From assembly GCA_951406725.2 (NCBI GenBank), contig OX597836.1, positions 49,228,001 to 49,292,000 of the forward strand: a stretch of 64,000 nucleotides of DNA, read 5' to 3'. The stretch comes from Octopus vulgaris. Lineage: Eukaryota. The position numbers were made by a program, and so were the translations under genes. The notes beneath the pieces were generated by a model, which worked only from the letters and a program-made list of their open reading frames with translations, was not told the origin of the DNA and did no database searches. The first letter of the stretch is position 1, and each line of letters opens with the position of its first letter. Of the stretch, positions 15,999 to 30,827 are shown piece by piece.

Positions 15999-16625
15999 GG
16001 AGAGAGAGAGAGAGAGTGTGTGTGTGTGTGATGGTTCAACTGGTGTTGTTGTGGTTGTAGTTGCTGTTGACTTGGCGGCGGCCAGTGACGTCAGTTGGTA
16101 ACACTTGAAAATCTACTTCACAAGGAAGCGATATGGTGGAGATAGGACGAAGAACCTTGAAACAAACAAACAACGCGAATGGAATAGGAACCACGCCGCC
16201 GCCGCCGCCGCCGCTTCTTGGCTCATGGAGAAAAAAAATTGCGTAATATACTGTGTGTGTGTGTGTGTGAGGGAGAGAAAGAGAGAGAGAGAGAGAGAGG
16301 AGAATTGCGTATATCCTAATCTGTGCTTATCTTTAATGTGTTTGTGGTTAAGAGGTGTGTGTGTGTGTGTACGTGTGTATTTGTTTGTGTGTGTGTATGT
16401 ACACCCCCCCCACACACATATATATATATACACACACACACACACACGTATAAATATCTATCTATATCTATATATATATAGATCAGTATAGATATGTGTA
16501 TGTGTAGATACACACACGCACGCACACAGAGACTAAAACACACACACACAGTTTGCATTCCAAATTCCATTCGGTAACATTACCCGAAAAAACTGCGCTG
16601 TGACATCAAATCCGGAAGTATCTGT

Positions 16626-16673
<48 letters not shown>

Positions 16674-16881
16674 TGGTATGTTTCTCCTTTCCTTTCCTTC
16701 GTCCACACCCTCGTCTAATTTCTCTCTCTCTCTCTCTCTCTCTTCTGTCCCCCCCTCCTCCGCTGCCATCCCGTTCTCCCTCTTCCTCTCCCTCTCCGCA
16801 TTACTCCACCTACCCCCTTCCTCCCTCTCTCCACCTCAGGAGGTGTGGTTACGCAATATTCAACATCACGCATTACGCAAT
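15914..16881. promoter_or_regulatory. Candidate promoter/enhancer: 4x TTGCGTAA, CRE overlapping Inr-like TCAGTT, ETS, YY1-like
   Basis: ATTGCGTAAT 15934 and 16238; GTTACGCAAT 16848; ATTACGCAAT 16872; TGACGTCA 16086; CCGGAAGT 16612; CGCCATTT 15914; local CpG/GCC richness. Function is inferred. Confidence 0.5.
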
Positions 16882-17002
16882 CTCCTCTCAAAAACCTCCC
16901 CAAACGCCTCCCACTTCTCTCTCTCCCTCTCCTCCTCCTCCTCTCACTCCCACCTCTTTCTACCGTCACACACAATCATGGTTTGTCTGCAACCAGACAC
17001 CG

Positions 17003-17045
<43 letters not shown>

Positions 17046-17620
17046 CGTATGTATGTGCTTCTGTGCTCAGAATAGAATGTATATATAATGAATATATGTA
17101 TATATGTATATGTATATATATATATTATATATACACACACACATACGCATATTTCGACAGCCACCCACGGCTGTGTGTTTCTTCACGTCCGCACGCCAAA
17201 TGTCACATTGACACGTCTATCAAATTATATACACTCACTGCAGACGGTTCGTATATACACACACACACACTGTATTGTGATGTAATAACTATTACAAATG
17301 TACTGCTACGAAGTTACTCGCTCTCACCAACTTTGCTTTTTGTATGGACAACCTTGTTTTGGGGTGTGTGTGCCTATGACTCGTGCTTTTGGTTCGATCC
17401 CAGCGTGCGGCACCTTGGGCAAGAGTGTTCTATTATAGTAACCCGATGGCTACCTAATGCCGGCGGCGGGAGGAATTTGGTAAACGGTTACAGAGGTGTA
17501 TGTATGTACGTATGTACGTATGTATGTGTGTGAGTGTACCTACCTACGTACATATATATGTATCTACCTCTCGTTATGTATATATGTGTATGTATGTACC
17601 TATGCATATGTGTGTGTGTA

Positions 17621-17948
17621 TGGTAAGAAGCTTGCTTCCCAATCACATGGTTCCGGGTTCAGTCCCACTGCGAGGCTTTGGGCAAGTGTCTTCTATTATA
17701 ACCTCGGATCGACCAAAGCCTTGAGTGGATTTGGTAGAAGGAAACTGAAAGAAGCCCGTTGTATATATATATATGTGTGTGTGTGATTCTTCCCCCACTA
17801 CACCGTTTGACCCGGCCCAAGTCACTGACAGAAAAGGATACCAAGCTTTACAAAAAATATACGTGCTGCTATCGGTTCATTCAAATAAAAATTGTTCAAA
17901 GGCGGTGCCCCAGCATGGCCGCAACCTAATGACTGAAAAATGTAAAAT
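17621..17948 (+). mobile_element. SINE family A
   Basis: TGGTAAGAAGCTTGCTTCCC...GGTTCAGTCCCACTGCG...GGCGGTGCCCCAGCATGGCCGC. Confidence 0.85.
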
Positions 17949-17959
17949 ATGTGTGTGTG

Positions 17960-18225
17960 TTTGACTTGGTATTCCATGGTTCGAGTGAATCGGTGACGAT
18001 GCTTCGGTTCGTTGTTGAGATGGTCCCTGGTATGTCTCGGTTCGTTGTTGAGATGGTCCCTGGTATGTCTCTATGGACGTCTGTAGAATACGTAAAGATT
18101 TTAAAATTGGTCCCTTCGTGGAAACCAGGTATGAATTGGTGGCAGGAAGTGCATCCGGACGTGACAATCCCGCGCAAATATATGTCCGACCAATCAAATG
18201 CTTCCATTGAAAACGGACGTCACAA
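17960..18225 (+). mobile_element. Decayed RTE-tailed fragment
   Basis: TTGGTGGCAGGAAGTGCATCCGG...CATTGAAAACGGACGT resembles the RTE tail. Confidence 0.5.
18004..18069. repeat. 33-bp perfect tandem duplication
   Basis: TCGGTTCGTTGTTGAGATGGTCCCTGGTATGTC twice. Confidence 0.95.
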
Positions 18226-18306
18226 AGTGTGTGCGTGTGGATTTATACGTGTATTTACACATCCACAAAATGTCATGTTGACCTGACTACACACACGCAC
18301 ATATGT

Positions 18307-18369
<63 letters not shown>

Positions 18370-18481
18370 TGTGTTTTCATAGACGTGTGAACACGTTAAT
18401 ATGCATACATGTACACACAAATATGCATATTTAGACTTGTATTGATATACATAGGTGTGTATATAGACATGTCTACTATGA

Positions 18482-18997
18482 GCGCAGGTGTGGCTGTGTA
18501 GGTACAGCGTTTATTTCTCATCTACAGGGTACGGTTTCAGTCCTACTTTGTGGTAGCTTTGGCAGGTGTTTTCTACTGTCGACCTGGGCTTGATTCAGTT
18601 GGTGGAAACTGAAAGAAGACTCTCGTCGCCGTATGGTAAGAAGCTTGCTTCCGAACCACGTGGTTCCAGGTTCAGTCCCACTGTGGGGTACCTCGGGGAA
18701 GGGTCTTCTACTACAGCCTCGACCCGACCAAGGCCTTGCGACTGGATTTGGTAGGCGGAAACTGAAAGAAGCTCGTCGCATATAGTGAGTGTGTGTGATT
18801 ATTTGTTCCCCACCATCGTTTGACAACCGATGTTAGTGTGTTATGTCCTCGTAACTTAGCGGTTCGGCAATAGACACTGATAGAATAAATACCAGGCTTA
18901 CAAAGCATAAGTCCTTAGGTCGATTTCGTAGACTAAAAGGCGGTGCTCCAGCATGGCCATAGTCAAAATGACTAAAACAGGTAAAAGGATAAAAGAA
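18482..18997 (+). mobile_element. Two SINE A heads in tandem followed by one body and tail
   Basis: Head and core at 18482-18630 (older) and again from 18634; tail GGCGGTGCTCCAGCATGGCC at ~18939. Confidence 0.8.
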
Positions 18998-19051
18998 TAT
19001 ATATATATGCGCGTGCGTGTGTGTTTGTGTGTCTGTATATATGCATGTATG

Positions 19052-19722
19052 TAGATTCTTTTATACGTTTCAGTCCTAAGGCAGTGGCCATGCTGGAGCA
19101 CCATTAGTGTAATGACCTCTTTGATGGCCAGTCTTGCGTGATTGGCCATCATGGTGAAGGAAGGAGTTCGACATTGCTGCCCTCTTTTGAGTCTCTTGCC
19201 TAGACATTGCTTCATCTGGGATATTGGATAGCAAGAAGTCGAAGTTGTTCCTTGAAAACATCTACCACACTCCATGAAGATTCTGCAGATGTTTTGGCAA
19301 GGCGTTAGATAACTCTGGACCCTTGAATCTAAAGCTATTTCAGTACATGGCCCACTCGCTAGACGAAATAGTTGGGACCTTTGGAACAGTGCAGTGACGT
19401 CCAGTTCGGGGCCTGGTATAGCCCTCGATTCTAAAGTTCGGTCCCAACCTCTCCAGTATCTTCCACACATATATCATTGCATACCTCTCCCGCCTCTGCT
19501 CCAAGGAGTAGAGTAACAGCTCTCTCAGTCTTTCCCAGTCGCTCAGCTGTTCCATTGATGCAATCTTCCTCGTGTAGTATCTCTGAACCGCCTCAAGTCC
19601 CGCTATTAATCAGACACTGTAAGGTGACCACCTTTGAGAGCAGTAGTCTAGGCGGCTGAAGACAAATGCCATCCATAGGACCAGCATAGCTTCCTGATAC
19701 CTTGTTCAGAAGGTTTTCGGAG
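19052..19722 (-). mobile_element. CR1-group LINE 3' fragment (decayed ORF2 C-terminus plus 3' UTR)
   Basis: Translates to LYSLEQRRERYAMIYVWKILE...RTGRHCTVPK, homologous to the C-terminus of the 58517 ORF. Tail GGTGCTCCAGCATGGCC on the minus strand. Confidence 0.88.
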
Positions 19723-19759
19723 TGTACACACACACACACACATACATACATGTGTATAT

Positions 19760-19764
19760 ACAAA

Positions 19765-19821
<57 letters not shown>

Positions 19822-20096
19822 ATATGCACATGTATCTATGTGTGTGTATATATATATATGTATATGTATATATGTATATATATATATATATGTATATATG
19901 TATATATATATATGTATATATGTATATATATATATATGTATATATGTATATGTATATATGTATATATATATATATATGTATATATGTATATATATATATG
20001 TATATATATATATATGTATATATGTATATATATATATGTATATATATATATGTATATATATATGTATATATATACGTATATATATATATATGTATA

Positions 20097-20144
<48 letters not shown>

Positions 20145-20174
20145 CGTATATATATATATGTATATATATATACG

Positions 20175-20213
<39 letters not shown>

Positions 20214-20278
20214 GTATATGTATATATATATACGTATATATATATGTATATATATACGTATATATATATGTATATATA

Positions 20279-20331
<53 letters not shown>

Positions 20332-20337
20332 TATATG

Positions 20338-20411
<74 letters not shown>

Positions 20412-20460
20412 GTATATATGTATATATGTGTATATGTATATATATATATATGTATATATG

Positions 20461-20495
<35 letters not shown>

Positions 20496-20526
20496 GTATG
20501 TATATATATATATGTATATATATATG

Positions 20527-20581
<55 letters not shown>

Positions 20582-20588
20582 GTATATA
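19760..20588. repeat. (TA)n/TATG array
   Basis: Direct reading. Confidence 0.95.
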
Positions 20589-20593
20589 ACTAT

Positions 20594-20995
20594 ACTCTTT
20601 ACTCTTTTACTTATTTCAGTCATTTGACTGCGGCCATGCTGGAGCACCGCCTTTAGTCGAGCAAATCGATCCCGGACTTATTTTTTGTAAGCCCAGTACT
20701 TATTCTATCGGTCTCTTTTGCCGAACCGCTAAGTAACGGGGATGTAAACACACCAGCATCGGTTGTCAAGCAATGCTAGGGGGACAAACACAGACACACA
20801 AACACACAAACACACATATATATACATATATACGACAGGCTTCTTTCAGTTTCCGTCTACCAAATCCACTCACAAGGCATTGGTCGGCTCGGGGCTATAG
20901 CAGAAGACACTTGCCCAAGATGCCACGCAGTGGGACTGAACCCGGAACCATGTGGTTGGTAAGCGAGCTACTTACCACACAGCCACTCCTGCGCC
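20594..20995 (-). mobile_element. Young full-length SINE family A
   Basis: Minus strand GGCGCAGGAGTGGCTGTGTGG...GGTTCAGTCCC...CAGTCAAATGACTGAAATAAGTAAAAGAGTAAAGAG, embedded in TA arrays. Confidence 0.92.
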
Positions 20996-21277
20996 TATGT
21001 ATGTATATATATATATATATGTACATATATATATATATATATATATCTATATATGTATGTATATATATATGTATGTATCTATATATGTATGTATATATAT
21101 ATGTATGTATCTATATATATATATGTATATATATGTATATATATGTATGTATTTATATGTATCTATATATATATGTATATATATATATGTATCTATATAT
21201 ATATGTATATATGTATATGTATGTATATGTATATATATATATATATATGAATGTATATATATATAGATATATATGAA

Positions 21278-21309
<32 letters not shown>

Positions 21310-21336
21310 GAATGTATATATATATAGATATATATG

Positions 21337-21391
<55 letters not shown>

Positions 21392-21395
21392 TACA

Positions 21396-22594
21396 ATCAT
21401 CATCATCGTCGTCGTCGTTTAACGTCCGCTCTCCATGCTAGCATGGGTTGGACGGTTTGACTGTGGGCTGGCGAACCAGATGGCTGCACCAAGCTCCAGT
21501 CTTGATCTGGCAGAGTTTCTACAGCTGGATGCCCTTCCTAACGCCAACCATCCCGAGAGTTTGTTGTGGGTACTTTTACGTGCCACCGGCACGAGGGACA
21601 GTCAGGCGGTACTGGCGACGAGCTCGCTCGAATTTTTTATACTTGCCAACAGCAAAGGTGCCAGTAAGGCGATGCTGGTAACGATCCCGCTCGAATGGTG
21701 CCTCCCACATGCCACCGGCACGGAAGCCATTTGGCTGCTCTGGCAACGATCACGCTCAGATGGTGCTCTTAGCACCCTACTAGCACGGGGCTCAAGTGCC
21801 AGTAATGCGAGGTTGGCAACGATCACGCTCGTATGGTGCTTGTGCCCGTCATCAAATTTCACTTTGATTTTGATTTCGATTTCACTTGCCTCAACAGGTC
21901 TTCGCAAGCAGAGATTAGTGTTCAAAGAAGGAAAAGGTACGCACAGGTGGGCTGGTTACACCCCTGGCACAGGCAAACGAAGTTACCGTCTCATTTGGCT
22001 TGCCGTGTCTTCTCAGACACAGCATATTTCCAAAGGTCTATTTCCTTGGTGAGGCCTAAAGTTCGAAGGTCGTGCTTCACCACTTCATCCCAGGTCTTTC
22101 TGGGTCTACCTCTTCCACAGGTTCCCTCAACCGCTAGGGTGTGGCACTTTTTCACACTACTATCCTCATCCATTCTTGCTACATGACCATACCAGCGCAG
22201 TCATCTCTCTTGCACACCACATCTGATGCTTCTTAGGTCCCACTTGTCTCTCAAAGTACTTCCGCTCTGTTGAGTTATCCACACTGACGTTACGCATCCA
22301 TCGGGGCGTGCTGGCTTCATTCCTTGCGAGCTTACGCATGTCCTCAGCAGTCACAGCCCATGTTTCACTGCCATGTAGCATGGCTGTTCGTACGCAAGCG
22401 TCATACAGTCTACCTTTCACTCTGTGCGAGAGGCCTTTTGTCACCAGCAGAGGTAAGAGCTCTCTGAACTTTGCCCAGGCTATTCTTATTCTAGCAGCTA
22501 CACTTTCAGCGCACCCTCCCCCGCTACTGACTTGGTCACCTAGGTAATGGAAGCTATCAACTGCTTCTAGTTTTCCTCTCTGGAATGTGGCGGA
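21396..22594 (-). mobile_element. 5'-truncated RTE-clade LINE (RT C-terminus, 3' UTR, (GAC/GAT)n tail)
   Basis: VDSFHYLGD...[13 protein letters not shown]...MLHGSETW...[10 protein letters not shown]...GRGRPRKTW are typical RTE ORF C-terminal motifs. A frameshift and a stop are present. Confidence 0.92.
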
Positions 22595-23985
<1,391 letters not shown>

Positions 23986-24260
23986 TCCTATTTAATCTAA
24001 ATAATTAGTTAATAAATTATATGAATTGGTATTATCTGGAAGTTGATGATTGAAAGAAATCTATTGCTCCATTTTCTTATTTTGTATATATGCATATATA
24101 TATGTACTTAAATATATGTATATATATGTATGCATACATATATATATGTATATATATATATGTGCGTGTGTATATATATATACACAAATATGTATATATA
24201 TGCATGTATGTACTTGTATATATACTTAGGAGAGTGTATGTGTGTATACACATACGAATG

Positions 24261-24302
<42 letters not shown>

Positions 24303-24790
24303 TTCGAAAATCCAGCTAAGTGGATTAGAGCAACTGTGAAATAAATCAAGGGTATAACGCGCCATTGGGAATCGAACTCTCGTCATGTGTGTGTGTAATT
24401 GTATTCATAAATACGTAAACATTCATATGCATATGTTTTTGCATGTATGTATGTACATGTATATATATATATATATACCCGTGTGCGTGCATTTTGTGTG
24501 TCTGTGTGCATGTATGTATATACACGGATACATGTATTTTCTCATGTATGTGTGTGTATATAAAATAAAGGTATATATATATATATATATGTGTGTGCGT
24601 ATTTATATACCTATGTCTTTTCTCGTATCTTCTCTAATTTCAAAGTGTGCCGTCGTGCCATTCCCTTTCTCTCTAATGGCGCAGTTCAGATACCTCAGAC
24701 ATGCCTTATGTCATGGTGTCAAGACAACGCCCCTATTATTTCATCAGTAATTGAGGACTCCCTGCATTTTAGTATATATATATGTATATA

Positions 24791-24938
24791 GGCGCAGGAG
24801 TGGCTGTGTGGTAAGTAGCTTGCTAAACAACCACATGGTTCCGGGCAAGTATCCTCTGCTATAGCCCCGGGCCGACCAATGTCTTGTGAGTGGACTTGGT
24901 AGACGGAAACTGAAAGAAGCCCGTCGTATATATATGTG

Positions 24939-24995
<57 letters not shown>

Positions 24996-25171
24996 GTGTG
25001 TGTTTGTGTGTCTGTGTTTGTCCCCCTAGCATTGCTTGACAACCGATGCTGGTGTGTTTACGTCCCCGTAACTTAGCGGTTCGGCAAAAGAGACCGATAG
25101 AATAAGTCCCGGGGTCGAGTTGCTCGATTAAAGGCGGTGCTCCAGCATGGCCGCAGTCAAATGACTGAAAC
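24791..25171 (+). mobile_element. Young SINE A with B-box deletion
   Basis: GGCGCAGGAGTGGCTGTGTGG...TTCCGGG^CAAGT lacks 27 bp present in the 5957 and 20594 copies; intact tail. Confidence 0.92.
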
Positions 25172-25894
25172 ACACACATATTCATAGTTGCTGGTTTGGA
25201 GGGCTCTTCATTGGGGTCATCAATGACCCTTCATGCATTGAGTACATATTAAATTTTATTAAACTTGATCAATAATTTTCATCAAAATATAATTTGTCGA
25301 CTTGGAACTTGTTGCAAAGCTTCCCATTCGGGGGTCAGTACAACTTTGTTTTCTGTCTAATCTCTCTCTCTCTTTCTGTTGATTGTGTTCAACCATCACC
25401 AGTACCACCACCACAACTGCCATACACACACCATTCAGAGTTCTGACGCCACCACCATCAATACCTTTGACTTCCCCGCCATCCTCTCCACCACCATTAC
25501 CACAATCTTTCACATTGTTTACTATCACCGTCATCCCTGACTGCATCGGCTACCACCACCACCCCATTACCTTCACAACCGTCAATCTACTACCGCCTTC
25601 ACACCCTAACCCTAGCCCTAACTCACCATCTCTATGCCTACCATTACTCTCCCACTAGCAGGAGGAATAGTAGAAGTGTCATTGAATAGTGAGAAAGGGG
25701 TCAAAGTGTGACACACTGACACAGAAATTCGTTTTGGCATTTATTATTATTATTATTATTATTATCATCAATATATCTTTATATATATAATATACATATA
25801 TATATATAAAACACCTAAATTTACAGAAAACTACATACACACAAGTAGATCTGCCCACCCCAACAGAATTGATATCCTAAAACCAAGGGGCTCT

Positions 25895-26025
25895 GTAAAG
25901 TGGTTGCCGTTTGGAAGGGCATCCAGCCGTAGGAACCAAGCCAAAACGGTGTATGGTACCCGGCGTGGCCACTGGCCTATGCAGCGTGGGGAAAAGAAAG
26001 TTAAATGGTAATGATGACGATGATG
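25895..26025 (+). mobile_element. RTE-type 3' tail fragment
   Basis: GTGGTTGCCGTTTGGAAGGGCATCCAGCCGTAG...GTTAAATGGTAATGATGACGATGATG. Confidence 0.7.
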
Positions 26026-26160
26026 AATATATATATATACATACATGTGTGTGTGTGTGTGTGTAAAATGGAATGAGCAGGTTTTAATCAACAATTGTTT
26101 CTGTGCAATGGTAACAGCCGTTAGCTGACGTGTTTTCCATATTACACTATTAAATACATT

Positions 26161-26541
26161 AGGAGTGGCTGTGTGGTAAGCAGCTTGCTAACCAAGTGTC
26201 TTCTGCTATAGCCCCGGGCCGACCAATGCCTTGTGAGTGGATTTGGTAGACGGAAACTGAAAGAAGCCTATCGTATATATGTATGTATATATATATCGTA
26301 TATATGTATATATATATAAGTGTGTGTGTATGTTTGTGTGTCTGTGTTTGTCCCCATAGCATTGCTTGACAACCGATGCTGGTGTGTTTACGTCCCCGTC
26401 ACTTAGCGGTTCGGCAAAAGAGACCGATAGAATAAGTACTGGGCATACAAAGAATAAGTCCCGGGGTTGAGTTGCTCGACTAAAGGCGGTGCTCCAGCAT
26501 GGCCGCAGTCAAATGACTGAAACAAGTAAAAGAGTAAAGAG
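26161..26541 (+). mobile_element. Young SINE A with 45-bp head deletion
   Basis: GCTAACCAA^GTGTCTTCT junction; full tail GACTGAAACAAGTAAAAGAGTAAAGAG. Confidence 0.92.
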
Positions 26542-26724
26542 ATATAAAGAAATATGATCCAGTGTGTACCAACACGTCATCAGGTGTGTGCCTTTGAAAT
26601 GCACATCGTGGGGCTGTTGCTCGGATGATATTATTTATATATATATATAACGTAAGGGGGATCAGCCATCTGAATGTGGCTAGGGACAGGGCGGGGTGGT
26701 GGGGGTTATTATATATATATAATC

Positions 26725-26940
26725 AAAATTTGTGTGTATCTTTGTGTCTATGCTTGTCCACCGCTTAACAACTGGTGTTGGTGTGTTTACGTCCCCCTAA
26801 AATAGCGGTTCGGCAAAAGCTACCGATAGAATAAGTAGCAGGTTTAAAAAACAAAAAAACGTATTGGCGTTGATACATTCGACTAAAAATTCCTGGAGCC
26901 CCAGCATGGCCGCAGTGTAATGCCGGAAAGAATTAAAAGT
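26725..26940 (+). mobile_element. SINE A 3' half
   Basis: GTGTGTTTACGTCCCC...GCGGTTCGGCAAAAG...CCCCAGCATGGCCGCAG. Confidence 0.8.
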
Positions 26941-26949
26941 ATATATAAA

Positions 26950-27062
26950 GGTGCGTGGTTTAGTTGTTAGGGTGTTCGGCTGGCTATCGTAAGGTCGTAC
27001 GTTCGATTCCTGGCAGGAGCATGTTGTGACTTTCTACACTTTTACTTCACATTGCTCCGTCA
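26950..27062 (+). mobile_element. SINE family E head (decayed)
   Basis: TGGTTTAGTTGTTAGGGTGTTCGGCT...GTTCGATTCC A/B boxes, then TTGTG...CACTTTTACTTCACATTGCTCC. Confidence 0.55.
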
Positions 27063-27086
27063 TTGTAACCGACGGAGTGCCACAGA

Positions 27087-27139
<53 letters not shown>

Positions 27140-27449
27140 CGCACGCGTTTCTGGTTTCCGGTGGTCATCCGGCATGCTAGAAATAACAGTCGCATGTCTT
27201 TCTAACAATGTCTTTCTAAGTAATAAAGTTATGTCATCCGTATGGTTGGTAGGAAAGTTATCGCCGCTAGGCGTCTAATGATCAATTGTCCTTCTACAGA
27301 ACTAGGAGTGGCCTGGGGCTAAATAACAACAACACTGTACAGATTGCACAAACTGGAAGAGTTGCCAGACTAATCTGGGATAGGTGAACGCAACCACTAT
27401 ATGTAGACATACATATATATATATATATACACACGCACCCCCCCCCCCA

Positions 27450-27827
27450 CACACACACGCTCACACACACTCGCTCACATTCACACACACACACTCACAC
27501 ACACACACTCACACACACACGCTCACACACACACACACACACGCACACACTCACACACACACTCACACACACTCGCTCACATTCACACACACACACACTC
27601 GCTCACACTCACACACACACACACACACTCGCTCACACTCACACACACACACACGCACATACTCGCTCACACTCACACACACACACACACACACACACTC
27701 ACTCATTCACACACACACACACACACACACGCTCACATTCACACACACACACGCTCACACTCACACACACACGCACATACTCGCTCACACTCACACACAC
27801 ACACGCACACACACACACTCGCTCACA

Positions 27828-27867
<40 letters not shown>

Positions 27868-27895
27868 GCTCACACTCACACACACACGCACACAC
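27450..27895. repeat. (CA)n array with CTCGCTCACA higher-order units
   Basis: Direct reading. Confidence 0.95.
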
Positions 27896-28023
27896 CTACC
27901 TGGAAGTAGAAAAAAGTACTTAACCGAACCCGTCTCTCTTTTATGTAAGTTACACATTTTTACGTAAGATCTCTGATCCCCCCCCCCCCTTCCCTCTCTC
28001 TTCTCTCTTGCTAAATATATATG

Positions 28024-28063
<40 letters not shown>

Positions 28064-28355
28064 TATGTATGTACGCATACACGCACACGATATATATATA
28101 TACACGTCCGTGTGTGTGTGTGTGTGTGATTTTTATGTGTATGCATGGTTACGTATGTGTGTGTGTGTGTGTGTGTGTTCATACCTCTTACGTCACTTCT
28201 CTTTACACACTCCTTTTCTATCGAGCCGTTCACCACCACCACCACCACCACCACCACCACCACCACCACCACCACTACGTTGCGAAATCCACTCACAAAC
28301 ACACACACACACACACAGATCTATGTACAGATGCATATACATACAGCCGTGCATA

Positions 28356-28389
<34 letters not shown>

Positions 28390-28901
28390 ATGCATATTGC
28401 TTCGTAACGAACACAAAAACTTTCGAACAGGCAGCAATGGATGTAACCACAGCCGCCCGCCCGCGCGCGCATGTGTGAGGTTGCGTGTGGTTGTCTGTGA
28501 GTCAGCGTGTGTGTGTGTGTTGGTGTGTGTGTGTGTGTGTGTGTGTGTGTGACTGTGCCGGTCTCGCAACTTCAGTTCACAATATCAGGAGTGCTGTGTA
28601 CCATGGGTCGGTAATGCTTTCTTACTTTTTCTCCATTCGCACATCATATACATACACATATATATATACATATATAAATACATACATACTCACGCACACA
28701 CATATATACACATATATATTATGTGTGTGTGCGCACATGTTTGATGTTTTAACAGAATTGTTTGCAATATATTCCTGTTTTGTGTATATAAATATTATAC
28801 AGCTGTGTTTTCCATTCTATGTGACATACCTACGTACGAGTTTGTGTATCTATAACATATAAAATGTGTTAGTAAATACTTCAGTATTGTTATATATCCG
28901 C

Positions 28902-28961
<60 letters not shown>

Positions 28962-29442
28962 GACTGAAGATTGAAGGCTTCGAATGTCCCGTCCGTGTTT
29001 TTTGTATCGTCTTCTAAATGTTTCACGTTCTTGTCCCAGTTTGTATTTTTCTACATATTATATATATATATATATGTATATATATTACATATTATATACA
29101 TATATATATTACATATTATGTATATATATATATATATTCCCCTTTCAACCACGTTTCTCCTATGTACATCCCAGCATATAAATATATATATATACATTTA
29201 TACACGCTAACGTAGGCACGTATACAATATCGGTTCATCTGTTTCTTTCTCTCCTACTCTCTCTCTTTCTCTCTCTCTCTCGACACACACACACACACAC
29301 ACATAATCTACATGTACGGTGGTGCTGCAGCATGACCGCAGCTCGGTGGCTGAAACGAACGAGAGAGAAACTTGGTCTGTTCATGACGATCCTCTTTTGT
29401 TTCTCTCTCCGATCCTCTCGGATTCGTTTAGGTCTTTGTGTA

Positions 29443-29596
29443 CAGTGGAAGCCGCTTATTGTGATCACTTCGAGAGGGATCTTTTTCTCTTAAGCATCTG
29501 ATAATATTAAGCAAGGGATATGACACTCTTATGAGACACGCTAATTATTATCACAATAGCTGCATTGTCCGTGATTCCAATAAGCGGCTTGTTTTG
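29443..29596. mobile_element. MITE, pogo/Tigger-like TIRs
   Basis: TA|CAGTGGAAGCCGCTTATTGTGATCAC ... GTGATTCCAATAAGCGGCTT inverted pair; the outermost right-end bases are decayed. A second TIR-like copy, GTAGAAGCCGATTATTATGATCACTT, lies at ~35927. Confidence 0.6.
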
Positions 29597-29661
29597 CGTT
29601 TGTTGTTTGACTACAATACTTTCATTCATACATAACAATACATACAAAGATTCATGTATAT

Positions 29662-29711
<50 letters not shown>

Positions 29712-30532
29712 CCCGTTTCCAAATTGTCCACATCGTCACAGCTCACGATTGTGTCGCGGCACCCGACTAACAAATTACCGAACCAATCCGGAAGTATCTA
29801 CTGTTCGCTAGAAATAGCAGTTAAATCTTGCCTGAAGCGTTCTTGCAAAGAACACTTTCGCTTATGAAGTTGTGGGTTCCCTTGCGTTTATGATTAAAAG
29901 TAATATTTTTCGTTTTATGACCCCAAAATGGGAAAATTATTGTCAGCAACCAGCATTGAATGTTTTGTTTTGTTTGTGGTTTTTCCCCTTCATATTTCTA
30001 AATGTAGAAATCTTCCTCCTCGCAGTTTTTTTTTTAAATGAGTCGCGGTGGGGAATTTAAAAGATTTAGATTATTATTATTATTATTAATATTATTATGA
30101 CTTTTTCTTTCTTTCACCCCCCCCCCACCCTTATCCCCTTGTAAACTCACAATCTCTGTTGTTGAAAAGAGAAAAAAATCTTTGAAGTTCATTTCCGAAT
30201 AAAAAAGAAAAAGAAAAAATGGTGCTGAATGGGGAAGATATTTTCACTTTCATTTTTGATTCTAAAACGAAAGAATATCTATAAAAGAAATTAATCGACT
30301 GGTCGGGCACGACTGGAATGGCTTTCTCTGCTGGATCATCACTGCTGACAATGTTGACATTATCAACTTGTCTAAATGAAGTTCTTGCTTTGCTTTGAAC
30401 TCCACCCAACTATTTAAACCCCCCCCCCACACACACATATACATGTGTAAATGTGACCCCTATCATTGTATGGAAGAAGCTCCCTCCTTATCCATATTCA
30501 TAATGAACGTCACTACATCCCCTTCTAACTCT

Positions 30533-30581
<49 letters not shown>

Positions 30582-30609
30582 CTTGGTATGTTCACAATGA
30601 GCCTCTTTT

Positions 30610-30776
30610 GGCGCAGCTGTGTGGTAAGAAGCTTGCTTCCCAACCACATGGTTCTGGGTTCAGTCCCACTGTGTCGCACCTTGGGCGAGTGTTTCTACTA
30701 TAGCCTCGGGCCGACAAAAGCTTTGTGAGTGAATTTAGTTGACGGAAACTGAAAGACGGCCTTCGTATATATATAT

Positions 30777-30827
<51 letters not shown>

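Noticed and set aside
20880-20995. tRNA genes
   Set aside because: The A/B boxes belong to SINE heads; there is no full cloverleaf and each continues into a SINE body.
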